Below, piece by piece: positions 26,590-38,002 of a stretch of 64,000 bases of DNA. Numbering within the stretch: the first letter of the stretch is position 1; each line of letters opens with the position of its first letter. The notes under the pieces were generated by a model, which was not told where the DNA came from, searched no databases, and worked only from the letters and a program-made list of their open reading frames with translations. The translations under genes and the position numbers were made by a program. The DNA is taken from the NCBI RefSeq assembly GCF_030265065.1, contig NC_080408.1, positions 22,791,480 to 22,855,479 of the forward strand. Reading direction: 5' to 3'. This DNA is from Corythoichthys intestinalis. Its lineage: Eukaryota.

Positions 26590-27094
26590 CGCTAGCGAGC
26601 GGGCTAATAGAGCTTGGCTAGCCGAGCTATCGAATGCTTACGATACGCCAACAACGACCTCGATTCGACCCTTTCAGCTGCGGCGTACTCGAATGGAAAC
26701 AACAGGGAGCAGCTGCCTGGCGACCAACGTCGGGGAGCGACTTAAACTGGGCGCGCGGTTATTCTCCTGGCCTTAGTTCGTCCTTCCAGTCCACATTTTC
26801 CTTTCTTTTATGACGTACTACTTCTCGTTGCTGCAGCGGAAATAGGGCGCTCTCGTTTCCTGCTTTAAACTGTGACCAACAGTTACGGTAATGTCACTGA
26901 TTTATGGGACGGCTTTGACATTTTAATCATTAAACACCTCCTTTAAAGTCATTGCCTCGCTTCGTGTTTATATAAAGCTATATAAACTCCTGCTATTTAA
27001 AACCTTATTTCAATTTAACGTCATTTGAGGCAATTTTCAGAATCAAAAGGAACGTGAAGTTGCATGATTACGGTAAAAATAATGGTCACCGTGT

Positions 27095-27200
27095 CAACCA
27101 ATCAGCGCACGGTTGAGTTAACGAGCACCAGATGAGCACCTCCCACCGACCAATCGGTGACTTTGTAAGAAACAGCTGGCCGACATCGGCCAATCAGCGT
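27095..27200. promoter_or_regulatory. Three CCAAT boxes (27098, 27150, 27190; spacing 52 and 40 bp) in the divergent promoter between the ZNRF-like gene (minus strand) and the plus-strand candidate exon
   Basis: Motifs caaccaatcagcg, gaccaatcggtga and ggccaatcagcgt are read directly. They lie about 0.5 kb upstream of the minus-strand ATG and 0.8 kb upstream of the plus-strand exon. This arrangement is typical of NF-Y bidirectional promoters. Confidence 0.5.
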
Positions 27201-27351
27201 CCTCGAGATAAACTGATGGGCCGCGTGAGAGCATTTTACAGGAAAAGTTGACAGTTCGTGTTTGGCTTCATTGAACGAGCTTCGCGAAATATTAACATAG
27301 CAGAGCAGTAGAAGCTGACTACACAGGTTCAGATAAAACAGGTGCGACTTG

Positions 27352-27360
27352 TATTTAAAT
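27352..27360 (+). promoter_or_regulatory. TATA-like box (tatttaaat) about 150 bp downstream of the CCAAT cluster
   Basis: Sequence motif only. It is positioned appropriately for a plus-strand TSS near 27380. Confidence 0.3.
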
Positions 27361-27979
27361 ATTGTTCTGTATTTTCTGTTTTTTTACGTTTGAGTTTGTC
27401 GAAATATGCGTATCACTCACTGCTAAGTAGCCACACCTACATAGCAAAACAACGCAGCGTTTGCTTGCACCTTGATTACCTGCGCCGCCGTGCTTTTAGT
27501 CTGCCACTCGGCTCTCAGTTGTTTAAGTTGTTTTTGAAGAAACGAAGCAGTCAACTCTAAACATCAATACATTTCTCAACTGTAGAAATGAGCGAAAAAA
27601 AGATGACCCAAGGCTTTGCTGTATGGGTGTTTTGTTAACTGCAAACTTCCTAAAGTCGTTAAGAAATAATAAAATGTGTTTCCGAGCTTTTGAAGGTTTC
27701 TTATCGTTAATTTTTTCATATTAATATACTTATTATATATTTTATAGGATTAAAAGTACAAATAATTCCGCCCCACCTCAGTGGCGTTGTTTTCAAATGG
27801 TTGCACAATTGATCCTCTTCAAGTGTTTGAGACTTTGTTCGCATTCAATGGGTAGCTGTAGCTGACGTTATCAACACACCCTTCTGTATTAAAATGTTTG
27901 CTCAACTGAGTAAAGCTAGACCTTTCAGCTTGATATGTCAAGCAGGTTGTGGTGATTTGATTGATTTCTTTCCATTCAG

Positions 27980-28410
27980 CCATGAGGGCGCTGGATTTGC
28001 AAACAAACTTGGCCTGCTCCACAGCAGGGACAAGCTTGTCCTCCAATTACGTTCCACCATGTCTGGAGAACAAGCTCCTGGTGCAGACATCCTCCTCATT
28101 GCTGAGCTCCTCCCTGCAGCCCACTGGCCTGACCTCTACCTCCTCAGGCCTACTCCTCTCCATGTCATCCACCAGCTCATCACCGCTTCTAAGCACCAAT
28201 AACACACTTCTGAACTCCTCCCTTCTTGCATCTTTGACACCATCCACCATCAACCCTCTCCTCTCCACCTCTTCTACCAGCCAAGCTCTCCTCTCTGGTG
28301 TTTCCCAGCCGCCGTCTTTCCTTCCACGGGTAGGAGACCAGAAAAAGGATGATGACGGCAGAGAGGAAATATCGGAAGCACAGCTATGCTCGTTCGAGGA
28401 ATCAAGCGTT
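27980..28410 (+). CDS. Candidate first coding exon: ATG at 27982, Ser/Leu-rich 143-aa segment (MRALDLQTNLACSTAG...PPCLENKLLVQT...EESSV). It may be the tep1 N-terminus, with weak resemblance to TEP1 N-terminal LENxCL repeats.
   Basis: Strong acceptor tttctttccattcag immediately before the ATG, and an in-frame consensus donor gtt|gtaagt at 28411, phase 0 (compatible with the 32365 exon). It lies downstream of a CCAAT/TATA promoter. Low-complexity composition keeps both strands open, so this is uncertain. Confidence 0.4.
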
Positions 28411-31400
28411 GTAAGTGAACTGTGCCTTGTCTCTAAATTACACACAAAAAAACTTTGGGCATTTTCCAGGTGAATGCAATAGGTTGGTAGCAAAGCAGAA
28501 TAGGCAATATACGTAGACACTATCTATATTGCATATAGGCATGCAATATTTCCGATTCTTAGATTATTCGCGATTCGGCCGTGGAAGATCCAAGAACGAT
28601 GCGCAAACATCCAAATCCCGGTTGAATTATACCAGGTAAAGTGGAACTAAAACACAGCGCGGTCTTCGGGACACAATGAGGAACGGATCGAGAGTAAATA
28701 TTAGGGTTGGGAATCTCTGGCATGAAGCCGATTCGATATGTATCCAGATACACAGGTAACGATTCGATTAAAAAAAAAAAAAACGATACATTTTTAAGGC
28801 CGAGCGATTCGATACGATTCGATACAGTGTAAGAATGATACGGTTCGATAGAGTGAAAACGATACGATAGTAAATATTTGTTGTGTGTGTTTGTACAGTA
28901 CTTTAAACATATAAAAAGACCACATTTCTAATATAGCAAAATTAAACAACAAAATTTCATACCAATGTTATGTTTTATTTTTTTGTGAAAAAAAAAAAAA
29001 AAAAAGGCCTACTATATGACCGTCATTTTGTTAGATGGGATTGATAATAAAACTCCAGTGACAGACAACAATAAAGTGCAGTAATTCAATTACTGTATTT
29101 CCTGGTGTTTTTAACACAAGAGGTAAGTAATTTAAGTGCAAACTTTCGTCGTAAACATCTTACAAACAAAAAATATTAGTTATATGCAGCAGCTCTAGAA
29201 AAAAAAAATTAAACCTGCTAGTGTTATCATAAATAAATAATAAATTATGTTTTACGACTGGTATAATTGCAGTGGCGCCTCCAGAAATTTTTCGTAGGGG
29301 TGGCCAGATGGGGCCACTTAAAATCTTGGGGTGGCACACCAAAACTAAAAGCCATAATTTCAGGTTTTCATTATATTATTGCAGTAAAAAGGTCAGGGGA
29401 AAACTATTAGAAAGACTAAAGGACACGGCTACTGATATATTCAGGTGTATTGTGTAATATTTGATGTTACTAATGATTTATTTTGCATAGTCCATAACTG
29501 TCCAGTCAACATTTTGAGTTCCACAACAATTCTGTTTTATTGTGTTATGTATATATTAGGCATAAGGTATACATTTAACAAAATAAAATAATTACTGGGA
29601 AAAGCAGGTGCTGGCAGATACAAATAAAACCAAGAACAGAGGCAGTCATATATTAACTGGATATTTGCCAACACAATGTTAATGTGACACAAAAATAATT
29701 ATTACTGAATGAACAAAACATAAAATAGTACTTCCCGACAGGGATCAACAGATTACCAGACTATAACATATATGAAATGCATAACTGATGCTACAACAAT
29801 CTAACAATATACTGGCAAGCGGGGTGGCCAGTGGGGTGGCCAACAAATTTATAGGGGGAGGCCGTGGCCACCCCCTGGTGGCCCCACTGTATAATTGGGG
29901 GAATAAAAACATTTTAGACAGACAGGTCAATAATCATTACTTTCACCTAATACACAGAAAAGTCATTCACTTATTCCTGTGCTTCCTCATTTTTTATTCC
30001 TCATCACTGTCCATATCTTTTTTTTTTGAAGGGCAGATTTTTCTTGAGGAAGATCAACTAATCCACATGTTTAAGTAGACTGCGTTTTGTGGAAACAATA
30101 TGCCGCCCTTTCCACCATTGTAGTGGGTTATTTTTCAGGGTTAAAAACTCACGATCTCTGTTTACCGCTCCACAATTCACACAAGCTCTGTCCCATGCGA
30201 ACAGATCTGGCTGCCTTCATCACTTCAAAGTCCGACTTTTGTTTTCCTGGATGCGTTGAAAATCAATCGCTGCACGTATCTGGCGTCTGTGATCACACTG
30301 TCCATTGTTTTAGCATGTTGCTTCGTTGCCACTACTAGTTTCGTTTTGGGCTGTGAAGAAAATGCTACGGAGCGTGCGTGACAGTGGTTTCGTTAGCTCT
30401 CGCGTTATGACACGCCCGTGGCGATCGGGTAATGACGGCGACTAGTAGCGGTTCTGCCGAAATGCATGGGAAGTTGAGGCAACCACGACTGTAAGTAGTG
30501 CTTGTCCATATTATATCATGGGTGCGGTCTCGATCTAAGTGCGCTGTGTGGTGAATGACACAAGCGCAGCATGTGAAGTACAAGCTAAATTATTATCATA
30601 TTAAGCAATGCAGTGAACTAGTCATTAGAAGCCAATTCTTGTGCTCGCGATAGCTGAATTCTATCTCTACTATCGGTTCGTTGAATATTTAATGGCTAAT
30701 TTCTGTCAAATGGTAACTTTACTATCGATACATCTGTATCTCTCACCTGTAAAACCGGATATCCGGTCGTATCGGTTTATCGTTCTCAAGCTTAGTAAAT
30801 ATCATGTTCAACCCATGCCGCTAGATAAAAAGACAATAATACCTGACTGCGGCCGACAGCCACGACAAACAATGCCCAGTTGCTAGTTGCTACAAACATA
30901 TGGCCACAATAAAGCTATGGTAGATATCAAATATATGTAGAACTAGATGCGAAATGAAGATGGCGGCGTTAGAACATGTATAGAGAGCTAGATGCGAATG
31001 ACAGACTTGCCGGCGTTGGTAAGCAGCCGCCATCTTAAAGCAGTAGACTTCTCTGTAAGGCTTTGTTGTAGCGAACCTAATGAACTTTTTATCTAAAATA
31101 CTCCTAAATCGGCAAAATCTTGACTTGAATCTATCTTTAAATGATGAAACAGTTTTAAAACTTTGACAAGTGGAAAGTAGACAAAAGGGAAATTATTGAA
31201 TAACGGCAGCAATTTCAACAACTTTAACGGTTGATTCACAACATTAATTGAATTTAGTTTGAAGCTGCTATTACAGAATGGGGACTTGAGTATTTTATTT
31301 ACTGTTTTTAACTGTTAACTTGATACTAAAATAGTAGTTAGTGTTAGCCCGAGAGGATTTTTGAACAGTTTTGGAACTAATGCACTGATGGGGGAAAATA

Positions 31401-31511
31401 TTATGTGATGCCCTAACATTAGCACATTATGCCTTTGTGATGTATGATTGCCTCTGTGACCTAGATTGTAACAACCTCTCCTTGTTTACTCTGCCACTTC
31501 GACGATTGTTT

Positions 31512-31622
31512 TTCACCTTGGATTCCATAGTTAGGAGGGAAACTCACTAGATAACTTGTTTTGCACCATGGTACGCGCTTGAGTTCCATAGTTAGGAGGG
31601 AATCTCACGAGATAACTTAAAT
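31512..31622. repeat. Tandem duplication of a roughly 50-bp unit (ttccatagttaggagggaa[at]ctcac[tg]agataactt) with a third partial copy, about 0.7 kb upstream of the 32365 exon
   Basis: Read directly from the sequence. A TATA-like tataagag at 31780 and a donor-like cacggtaagc at 31886 follow, so this could be an alternative tep1 5' UTR exon or promoter. Confidence 0.35.
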
Positions 31623-32364
31623 AAACATTCTACTTTAACAGCTGGTAGGCCTTAACTGGGGGGGAATCTCATACCCTTGCGGGGGGGGGGGGGGTCTCAC
31701 GAGTTCGGTTGGTGCGTTTTCGTGGGGGCAGGGAGTGGCCACCCGTGTCTCCGCGTCAGACGTACCTATAAGAGTCGGGAGATTCCCCCAACTCCCCAGA
31801 AGACTGCAAGAGGATTACGTACGGGTCGCTTGGCTTTGTTCCTTTGCCGCTTTGCCGGAGCGTTGGCTCCCCGCTCATTTGTCACGGTAAGCGATTTTCA
31901 TTGTTAAGGAACAGTTTGTTGTGCTGTAACAGTAACGCGGGGATTCTGGGATTGACAAACTAGATCTAACGTCATCGTTACCACTTGTTCTTGTTTTTGA
32001 TGTGTGTTTGCTTGCTCTTGTGGAATTGTAATCAATAAATCTCATTTATTCTGCATTTTCTAATCAATGAACATAGTTTATTGAGCAAAAGTGTGCTGGT
32101 TGCTGACTTACCGTGAAGCCAGAAATTTCGGAAAAAATGTACGAAGCATTAAAAGCAGCTAATAGCTGGGGTTGGGTGCTTCAATAATCGATTTATAATT
32201 TAATTGTAGCCTCTGAATCGTAATCGAATCGTTAGGTGCCCAAAGATTCCCATCTCTAATAGATACTATGTTTTATGATAATGCTTGACTATATTCATCA
32301 TTTTATATGTACCTGGTTAATTATCTGAGTGTTGCAGAATGGATTTACAGCCTCATCCCTTCAG

Positions 32365-32562
32365 ATGTATTCTGAAGACGACGAGATGTATTCTGAGGAG
32401 GAAGAAGATAGCGAAGAGAGTGTGGTTTCACCCAAGGCCATGGAGGTGCAAGCTCCAGAGCTCTGCAAGGAAGACCAAACAGTGATCAGCACCAGACCAG
32501 AAGAATTTGCAGATGTGGTCCGTGGCAAGCAGCAGATTGAAGAGGAGCTCAAAAATAAGAAG
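32365..32562 (+). CDS. tep1: tep1 acidic N-terminal coding exon (MYSEDDEMYSEEEEDSEESVV...KNKK); ATG directly after a polypyrimidine acceptor cccttcag, donor gtaaag
   Basis: Open frame with in-frame ATG at 32365 right after a strong acceptor. It ends at aag|gtaaag in phase 0 and joins the next exon in frame. Whether this belongs to tep1 rests on position and strand, not homology. Confidence 0.55.
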
Positions 32563-33803
32563 GTAAAGAGAAAATGCCAAATAAGGTCATTAGCAATAGA
32601 ACAGTGATAAGTTTCACAAATTTTGATGCTTTTACAAATAGAGGAAATTACCTTATTGCAATCATATGAAGCAAAGCGGACATCTACATGTCTTTGGCAA
32701 GGAACATTTGGAATCTAAAATACATAAAGATGATTTTTTTTTTTTTTTTCTTTTGCTACTGAAAGTAATGTGTGAATGTGTTGCTTTGTTTTGTCTAGAT
32801 GACAGAAAAAGGTATAATTAAACATTAGCATACAAAATAAAGCAGACAAAGAGGCACTAGTAATTTTCCAATATTTTAGACTTTTGTGCACAAGATGGGT
32901 TTGAAATGGGAAGATGCTATGGAAGAACCTTGTTATCTGCGTAGTTTTTATTTGGTTGCAATCACGTTTGCAAGTTGAATTGTTCTCCAAACAGTAGGTT
33001 CTTTAAATTGGCCATGGTATGACATTGCACCATGCCTCATGCAAGCACAATACAGTATAATACCTGCCTTCTTTGTTCTTTCACCACGCTCTAATATTGA
33101 GAATGCTGAACACTGAGAAAAGGGGGGAAAAAAAGTGAAATCTTAAGGTTGACACTTTCTTGCATTAACCATACACTGAATAAATAAAGCATATATATGT
33201 GCATTTGATGTGGTTTAGTCAGGGGTTAAAGTGCCTAGAATTTCTTGCCGGTACTCCCTGAAATGAAGGTCGCCTCGGAGATGAGATGCGTGTGTGGCAG
33301 CCTGGCAGTTTTTTAAAAAATTTTTATTTTTATTTTTAAACCTGGGCTTTTGACAGTTGCTGTCATATTTTCTGGATCCTGAATCTTTTACGAGAACGGT
33401 GTTCCGGACAGTTCCGGCCCCTTTCACCCCTGGGTTGCTTACAATACTTTGTCACACAAGCAGTTCCTGACCAGTCTTTGACATTTTTGTCCAAGACCTC
33501 TATTTCTGCGCTGCTGTTTACCATCTAGTTGGCAGACTTTTCTCGGCCTGCATGCCAGCAAAAGCTTTCTTAGCTGGTGCTCAATCAACTTTTTCTTGTG
33601 TGTGCAAGCCTGTAAAATGAACTCCAAGGTTATAAAACAGTGTTTAAAAAAACAAAACAAAAAAACTTCAGTTCCACTTTAAAACTCAAAACACTCGACA
33701 TAGGAAAAAAAGGACACCAAACACCCACTTGCTCCATTTTCCCTTTTTTTTTTTTTTTTTTTCTATTCCCCCAAACTACTACTTTAATGTCATGTCCCCT
33801 CAG

Positions 33804-33953
33804 TATCTCCTGCTGAATGCTGTGTGCCTCTCCCTGGTCAACAAGAGCACTGCACCGGGTCAGGAGGGCTGGAACTCTGAGGAGAGCATATGGACCAAAA
33901 TCACCAGCCTAGTGAAGGATATTGCAGAGTTTGACTCCGAATTTGTTCTTAAG
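33804..33953 (+). CDS. tep1: tep1 exon (YLLLNAVCLSLVNKSTAPGQEGWNSEESIWTKITSLVKDIAEFDSEFVLK), start of the TROVE module
   Basis: Acceptor cccctcag, donor aag|gtacaa, phase 0 to 0. The EFVLK / VALYTRQELN junction matches the recalled human TEP1 ...EPEFILK ASLYARQQLN.... Confidence 0.85.
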
Positions 33954-34040
33954 GTACAAGAAGAAAAGCGTCACGTCATCACATGTACAATTGACAGCAT
34001 GTGTCATTCATGGATATTTTCTCTGCTTCCCTCCTTCTAG

Positions 34041-34205
34041 GTGGCGCTGTACACAAGACAAGAGTTAAATATCCGCATCACCGCTAACTTCTTGCTGGCC
34101 CTGGCCGCTAATCACCCAACCACCAAGTGTCACGTGCGCCGCTATTTTTGCGCCAGTGTCCAACTACCGTCTGATTGGCTGGAAGTGGTGCGCATCTACA
34201 GCACG
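34041..34205 (+). CDS. tep1: tep1 TROVE exon (VALYTRQELNIRITANFLLALAANHPTTKCHVRRYFCASVQLPSDWLEVVRIYST)
   Basis: Acceptor ctccttctag, donor acg|gtatgt. Matches recalled human TEP1 ASLYARQQLNVRNVANNILAIAA...HLRRYFCAIVQLPSDWIQVAELY. Confidence 0.9.
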
Positions 34206-34300
34206 GTATGTGGACAGTGATCCCATCGCAACGTATCAGCAGCAGGCTTTTCTGCCTTGATTGACCTCCCTTCCGTCTGGTTCTTTGAATCTGCATGCAG

Positions 34301-34438
34301 TGCTTCAGCCGCTCACTACCCATGTGCCTCAAGAAGGCCATGGTGGACAAGTTCAAGCAGTTTAACGAGTATCAGCTGGCCAAATACAACACACGCAAAC
34401 ACCGGTGTAAGCACAACCGAAACAAGTGCAAGAGCAAG
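34301..34438 (+). CDS. tep1: tep1 TROVE exon (CFSRSLPMCLKKAMVDKFKQFNEYQLAKYNTRKHRCKHNRNKCKSK)
   Basis: Acceptor ctgcatgcag, donor aag|gtatag, 46 codons in phase 0. Matches recalled human ...TAMTDKFAQFDEYQLAKYNPRKHR.... Confidence 0.88.
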
Positions 34439-36026
34439 GTATAGTATTTTGTGGCATTAGAGCTTTTTTATTTAAATTGTCATTTTATGTGCTACTTAAG
34501 GAAACATTTACAGTCCATTTAGGCCATGGCTACACCGAGCAGGAAGAGTACTCTGGCCCTGATTAACATCGCGTGAATTTTTTTTTTCCATAATACCCCC
34601 ATTCTTCGCGTGTGTTCTTCAACATGAAGCACTGCAAGAGTTTGTAAATAAATGGAAGCAAAAAAGCATCTGTCCAATCTATTCCAAATGTAAACATTGG
34701 TCTCAAGTGTGACGTAGGGACAAAGTTTGTCGCAGTCAGTGAAGTTTCCACACTTAAATCTTCGGTTATCAGTGTCCACAATAGTGTTGTCAGTAATCTG
34801 ATTACTTTCTTTCGGTAACGAGTAATCTAACGCGTTCATTTTTCCACAACAGTAATCTGATTAAACTTGGTTTCCTTAATGTCTGTGTGTTACTATTTTG
34901 TCATTGCCTCATAAGGTATGTAGAATGAAGAATGTTGTAGTCATGTGCGAAGACCATTTTTAATAGAAAATGCTCAAATAACGTGCTTCCATGGCAACCG
35001 CTCAGCTACTTCCTGTTTTGGTTTCGAGTCGCACGTGTTGTGGGACTGAGAAAGGCATGGGCCAAGCGGGTGGACATCCGAGCCGAGTGTTGAGATGTGC
35101 GAGGGAATGTTGATCTGTGGATATCCATGAATGAAGGTGAGTATTTTTCCTTCATTCTGGAAGGTATCAGCAAAAGATTGGACCCCCTACATGCGCGGCT
35201 GTTTCGTAGCTTTGCCGTTGCAACGATGGGCAGTCATCCAAGTTGACAGGCTTTGTTTACATCATGTGTGTGTTGCACATTTATGCCGTGAGGTGATGTA
35301 AGTCTGATTGAGTGTAAATTGCTTTGTTGCCGCCACGTTTTGTGGCCTTGTGCGCGCGCATCCGCGCCCGCCCCAACCTTTGTGTTTGTTGCACTGTACA
35401 ATTCACTTATGTGTAGTTGATTATTGTGCACTCAATTTGCATTGTTTTACATTGGCACTGATAGGCTGTTAACCATAACCCTAAATTCAAAAGTTTTGAC
35501 ATTAGGCTTAATCTCAGAGTTAGGGGGGTTTAATTAGACGGTGGAGTTGATTTCAACAAATTCAATGCAGTTTTTCAGATATTTGTTAGCTTCTTGGCTC
35601 TGGAGGGGCTAAGCTAGCGCGAGTCATCGGTGCTTATGTGAAAAATTCTGATATTCACCTTTAAATTCAATGATCGGAAAGTCCATTACAATTACATGTG
35701 ATGACATTTATCTGGTGCCACAAACGCAGAATTCGCACATCATCTCTTTGGACGGCGTTTTTAAGAACAGTCGTTTAAGTGTACGTGTAGAAAAACTTCT
35801 TTTTGCCAAATACCCTGTTTCGTGTAGACATGGCCTTAGATGCATTCATGACAGACAATCCACCATATATCCTCTCATGTGGTTAATCTCAGATCTAATG
35901 AATTTTTAGTATATCTTGTATTGCTAATATCAGTGTTTATGCAAAGGCCTCCTTTTAAATAGTTGCTTTACTTAAAAAAATACCGAGGATGATTTAATAG
36001 TTCCTTATCCCTTTAATATTCTGCAG

Positions 36027-36098
36027 AAACCAAGCAGCACGGATTTGAAAAAGTGGGCCAACATGCTCCGATCAGATGAGACAATTCTCCAGAAATAT
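36027..36098 (+). CDS. tep1: tep1 exon (KPSSTDLKKWANMLRSDETILQKY)
   Basis: Acceptor ttctgcag, donor tat|gtaaat, phase 0. Its position between TROVE exons fits, but additional small exons in the 34.4-36.0 kb interval cannot be excluded. Confidence 0.6.
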
Positions 36099-36190
36099 GT
36101 AAATTAAATATGTCCATAATCAATAAAATATTATAGATAATCCACAACGTTAATGTTTATGGTCATGAATTCTGTCTTGTGTGTTTGTAG

Positions 36191-36312
36191 CTGCAAGTGG
36201 ATGCCAAAAAAACTGTGGACAAAAAACAAAATGAGTTCAACATGAAGAATATGATCAAGAGGCTTCATATCAAGGAACCAGCAGAGCATGTCATGGCCAT
36301 TTTAGGACGAAA
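36191..36312 (+). CDS. tep1: tep1 exon (LQVDAKKTVDKKQNEFNMKNMIKRLHIKEPAEHVMAILGRK)
   Basis: Acceptor gtgtttgtag, donor aa|gtaaga (ends in phase 2). Matches recalled human LKKLVQRLHIHKPAQHVQALLGYR. Confidence 0.85.
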
Positions 36313-36401
36313 GTAAGACCAAAGCTGGAGGAAATATGAAGATGAGACACTGTTACCAAGAGGGATCGGTGGCTTCTTCCTATCCTTTTTGCTACTCGCA
36401 G

Positions 36402-36559
36402 ATATCCATCCGACCAGAAGGTGTTCAACTGTAGCGGACTGAAGGGCGACTGGGAGCAGGAGAGGGCGGGTCAAAGGATGAAGCTCAAGGATGCGGAGAC
36501 GTGGGAGCGTCTGCTTAGTCTGGAGGGCAACAAGGCTGCCACCTGGGAGAAACTCATTG
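36402..36559 (+). CDS. tep1: tep1 exon (YPSDQKVFNCSGLKGDWEQERAGQRMKLKDAETWERLLSLEGNKAATWEKLI)
   Basis: Acceptor ctactcgcag. The split codon aa+a completes a lysine; donor g|gtgcat. Matches recalled human YPSNLQLF...RAGKRMKLSRPETWERELSLRGNKASVWEELI. Confidence 0.88.
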
Positions 36560-37005
36560 GTGCATTTTATTATTTTTTTTACTTCCTTCAGACTTCATCT
36601 ATTCGATCTTATTTGTCACGCCACAAGAATATTTCAGACAATTTGCATCTAATTTTAACTGCCATTGATGGTGCTAGCTAGACATCCAATCTGGCGAATA
36701 ATCCCTGCAAACATCTCCTAGTCAAAATAGATTGGATATCTAGCGCCACCAATTGGGCTGAAAGATGAGCATTCACATTCAGTCCTTCTAGTTTAAAGGA
36801 ATTGGATGCCCATCGTTGTCAATTGAATGCAATGAGGTATTTACGTTTTCGGTTGTAAGAAATAAAATTCTAGGCAATAAAAAAAATCTCTTTGTACCCG
36901 ATAAAAAGGAAATAAAAGTCAAATCTGTTATGAAACGGGCTATTACCCATACCAACTACTTAGGTCTGACTCAACATACGTTATATGTACTTATTTTGTA
37001 TTCAG

Positions 37006-37115
37006 ACAATAAGTCTCTGCCCTTCATGGCCATGCTGAGGAACCTTAGGAACATGATCAACCAGGGCATCAGTATGGCGCATCACCAGAAGATCCTCAAC
37101 AGGCTCACCAATAAA
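37006..37115 (+). CDS. tep1: tep1 exon (DNKSLPFMAMLRNLRNMINQGISMAHHQKILNRLTNK)
   Basis: Acceptor ttttgtattcag, donor aaa|gtgaga. Matches recalled human ENGKLPFMAMLRNLCNLLRVGISSRHHELILQRLQHAK. Confidence 0.9.
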
Positions 37116-37201
37116 GTGAGATGTTCCCATTCATCGTCATTGTCGATCTCCTCAGCCCTGGTTCACGTACAGGGGGAAAAAAAGTTATGTTTTGTTAACA
37201 G

Positions 37202-37280
37202 AAAGCGGTCCTTCAGAGCCGACAGCTTCCCTTCCGTTTTTTGTCTGCCTACAAAGTCATCATGGAGCTTCGTGGGCTTG
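37202..37280 (+). CDS. tep1: tep1 exon (KAVLQSRQLPFRFLSAYKVIMELRGL)
   Basis: Acceptor tgttaacag, donor g|gtgagt (ends in phase 1). Matches recalled human SVIHSRQFPFRFLNAHDAIDALEAQL. Confidence 0.85.
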
Positions 37281-37295
37281 GTGAGTAATCAAATA

Positions 37296-38002
37296 CAGTG
37301 ATCCCTCGCTACGTCACGTTTCAAACTTGGGCCCTGAGTCCATCGCGGATTTTTTAAAAATGAAAAAATAATAAATACAGATGAGCTGTCCCGAGCCGAT
37401 CGTGTAGTCTCACCCTCCCTCCCTCTCCCTACTCTTTGTTGGTCAAGCAGTGCACCGGAGCTGCTTATTAAAATTAACGATGATTGACAGATGTTTAATT
37501 TTTGATCTTGCCACAGCTGCTTTGAAGCTGAAGCTTCAAAAGCGTCGCATGCATCCATCATCTCTTAACTTGTTAAACAGTTGCTGTGGCAACTCATTGT
37601 AAGTGAGCAGCTTGAGCGGATTTGAGTGGGCTCACTCAATGACTCATTTAATCAAGCCAAGCATTTTTCTACTTTAGTATTGTTTAAAAATAATTTGGTG
37701 AGCTGTAACATGTTTAAAACCTATCATAATTATTACATTTGAAGTGCTTAAAAACCATTTATAAAGAAAAAAAATATTTATACAGTACATACTGTACATA
37801 AGTTTTTCTTAATTTGGGGGGGGGGGAGTGAAAAACATAGTATGTCTTGTATTTATCTATTTCCAATTCTAAACTTGAATAAATAAACTAAACACATTTT
37901 TTTTTTTTTTTTTTTTTTTGGGAGGGGGTCCTACTTAGCGGGTTTTTCCACTTATCGCGACAGGTTTGGTCCCCATTAACTGCGAAAAACGAGGGATTAC
38001 TG
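37296..38002. mobile_element. 707-bp TA-flanked MITE (termini cagtgatccctcg...cgagggattactg) inserted 15 bp downstream of the tep1 exon-9 splice donor. Rearranged fragments of the same family lie at 15968-16175 (inverted 3' part) and 16443-16930 (5' part).
   Basis: TA at 37294-95 and 38003-04. There is extended collinearity with 16443-16930, and the inverted terminus copy at 15968 is itself TA-flanked. Confidence 0.75.

Noticed and set aside
26119-26776. Plus-strand ORFs of 130 and 175 aa (26119..26511 and 26249..26776)
   Set aside because: They lie antisense to ZNRF exon 1 in a GC-rich block. GC-rich DNA keeps several frames open. There are no splice signals and the composition is Ala/Arg-rich, typical of spurious GC ORFs.
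28047-28520. Minus-strand 157-aa ORF antisense to the Ser/Leu-rich exon
   Set aside because: Low-complexity codon composition leaves both strands open. Only the plus strand has the acceptor-ATG and in-frame gtaagt donor.
29270-29900. Inverted ggggtggcca...gtggcccc motifs considered as a possible RNase P RNA (RPPH1 neighbours TEP1 in human) or other ncRNA
   Set aside because: No match to the conserved RNase P RNA regions I can recall (P4 helix motifs are absent). More likely terminal repeats of a small transposon.
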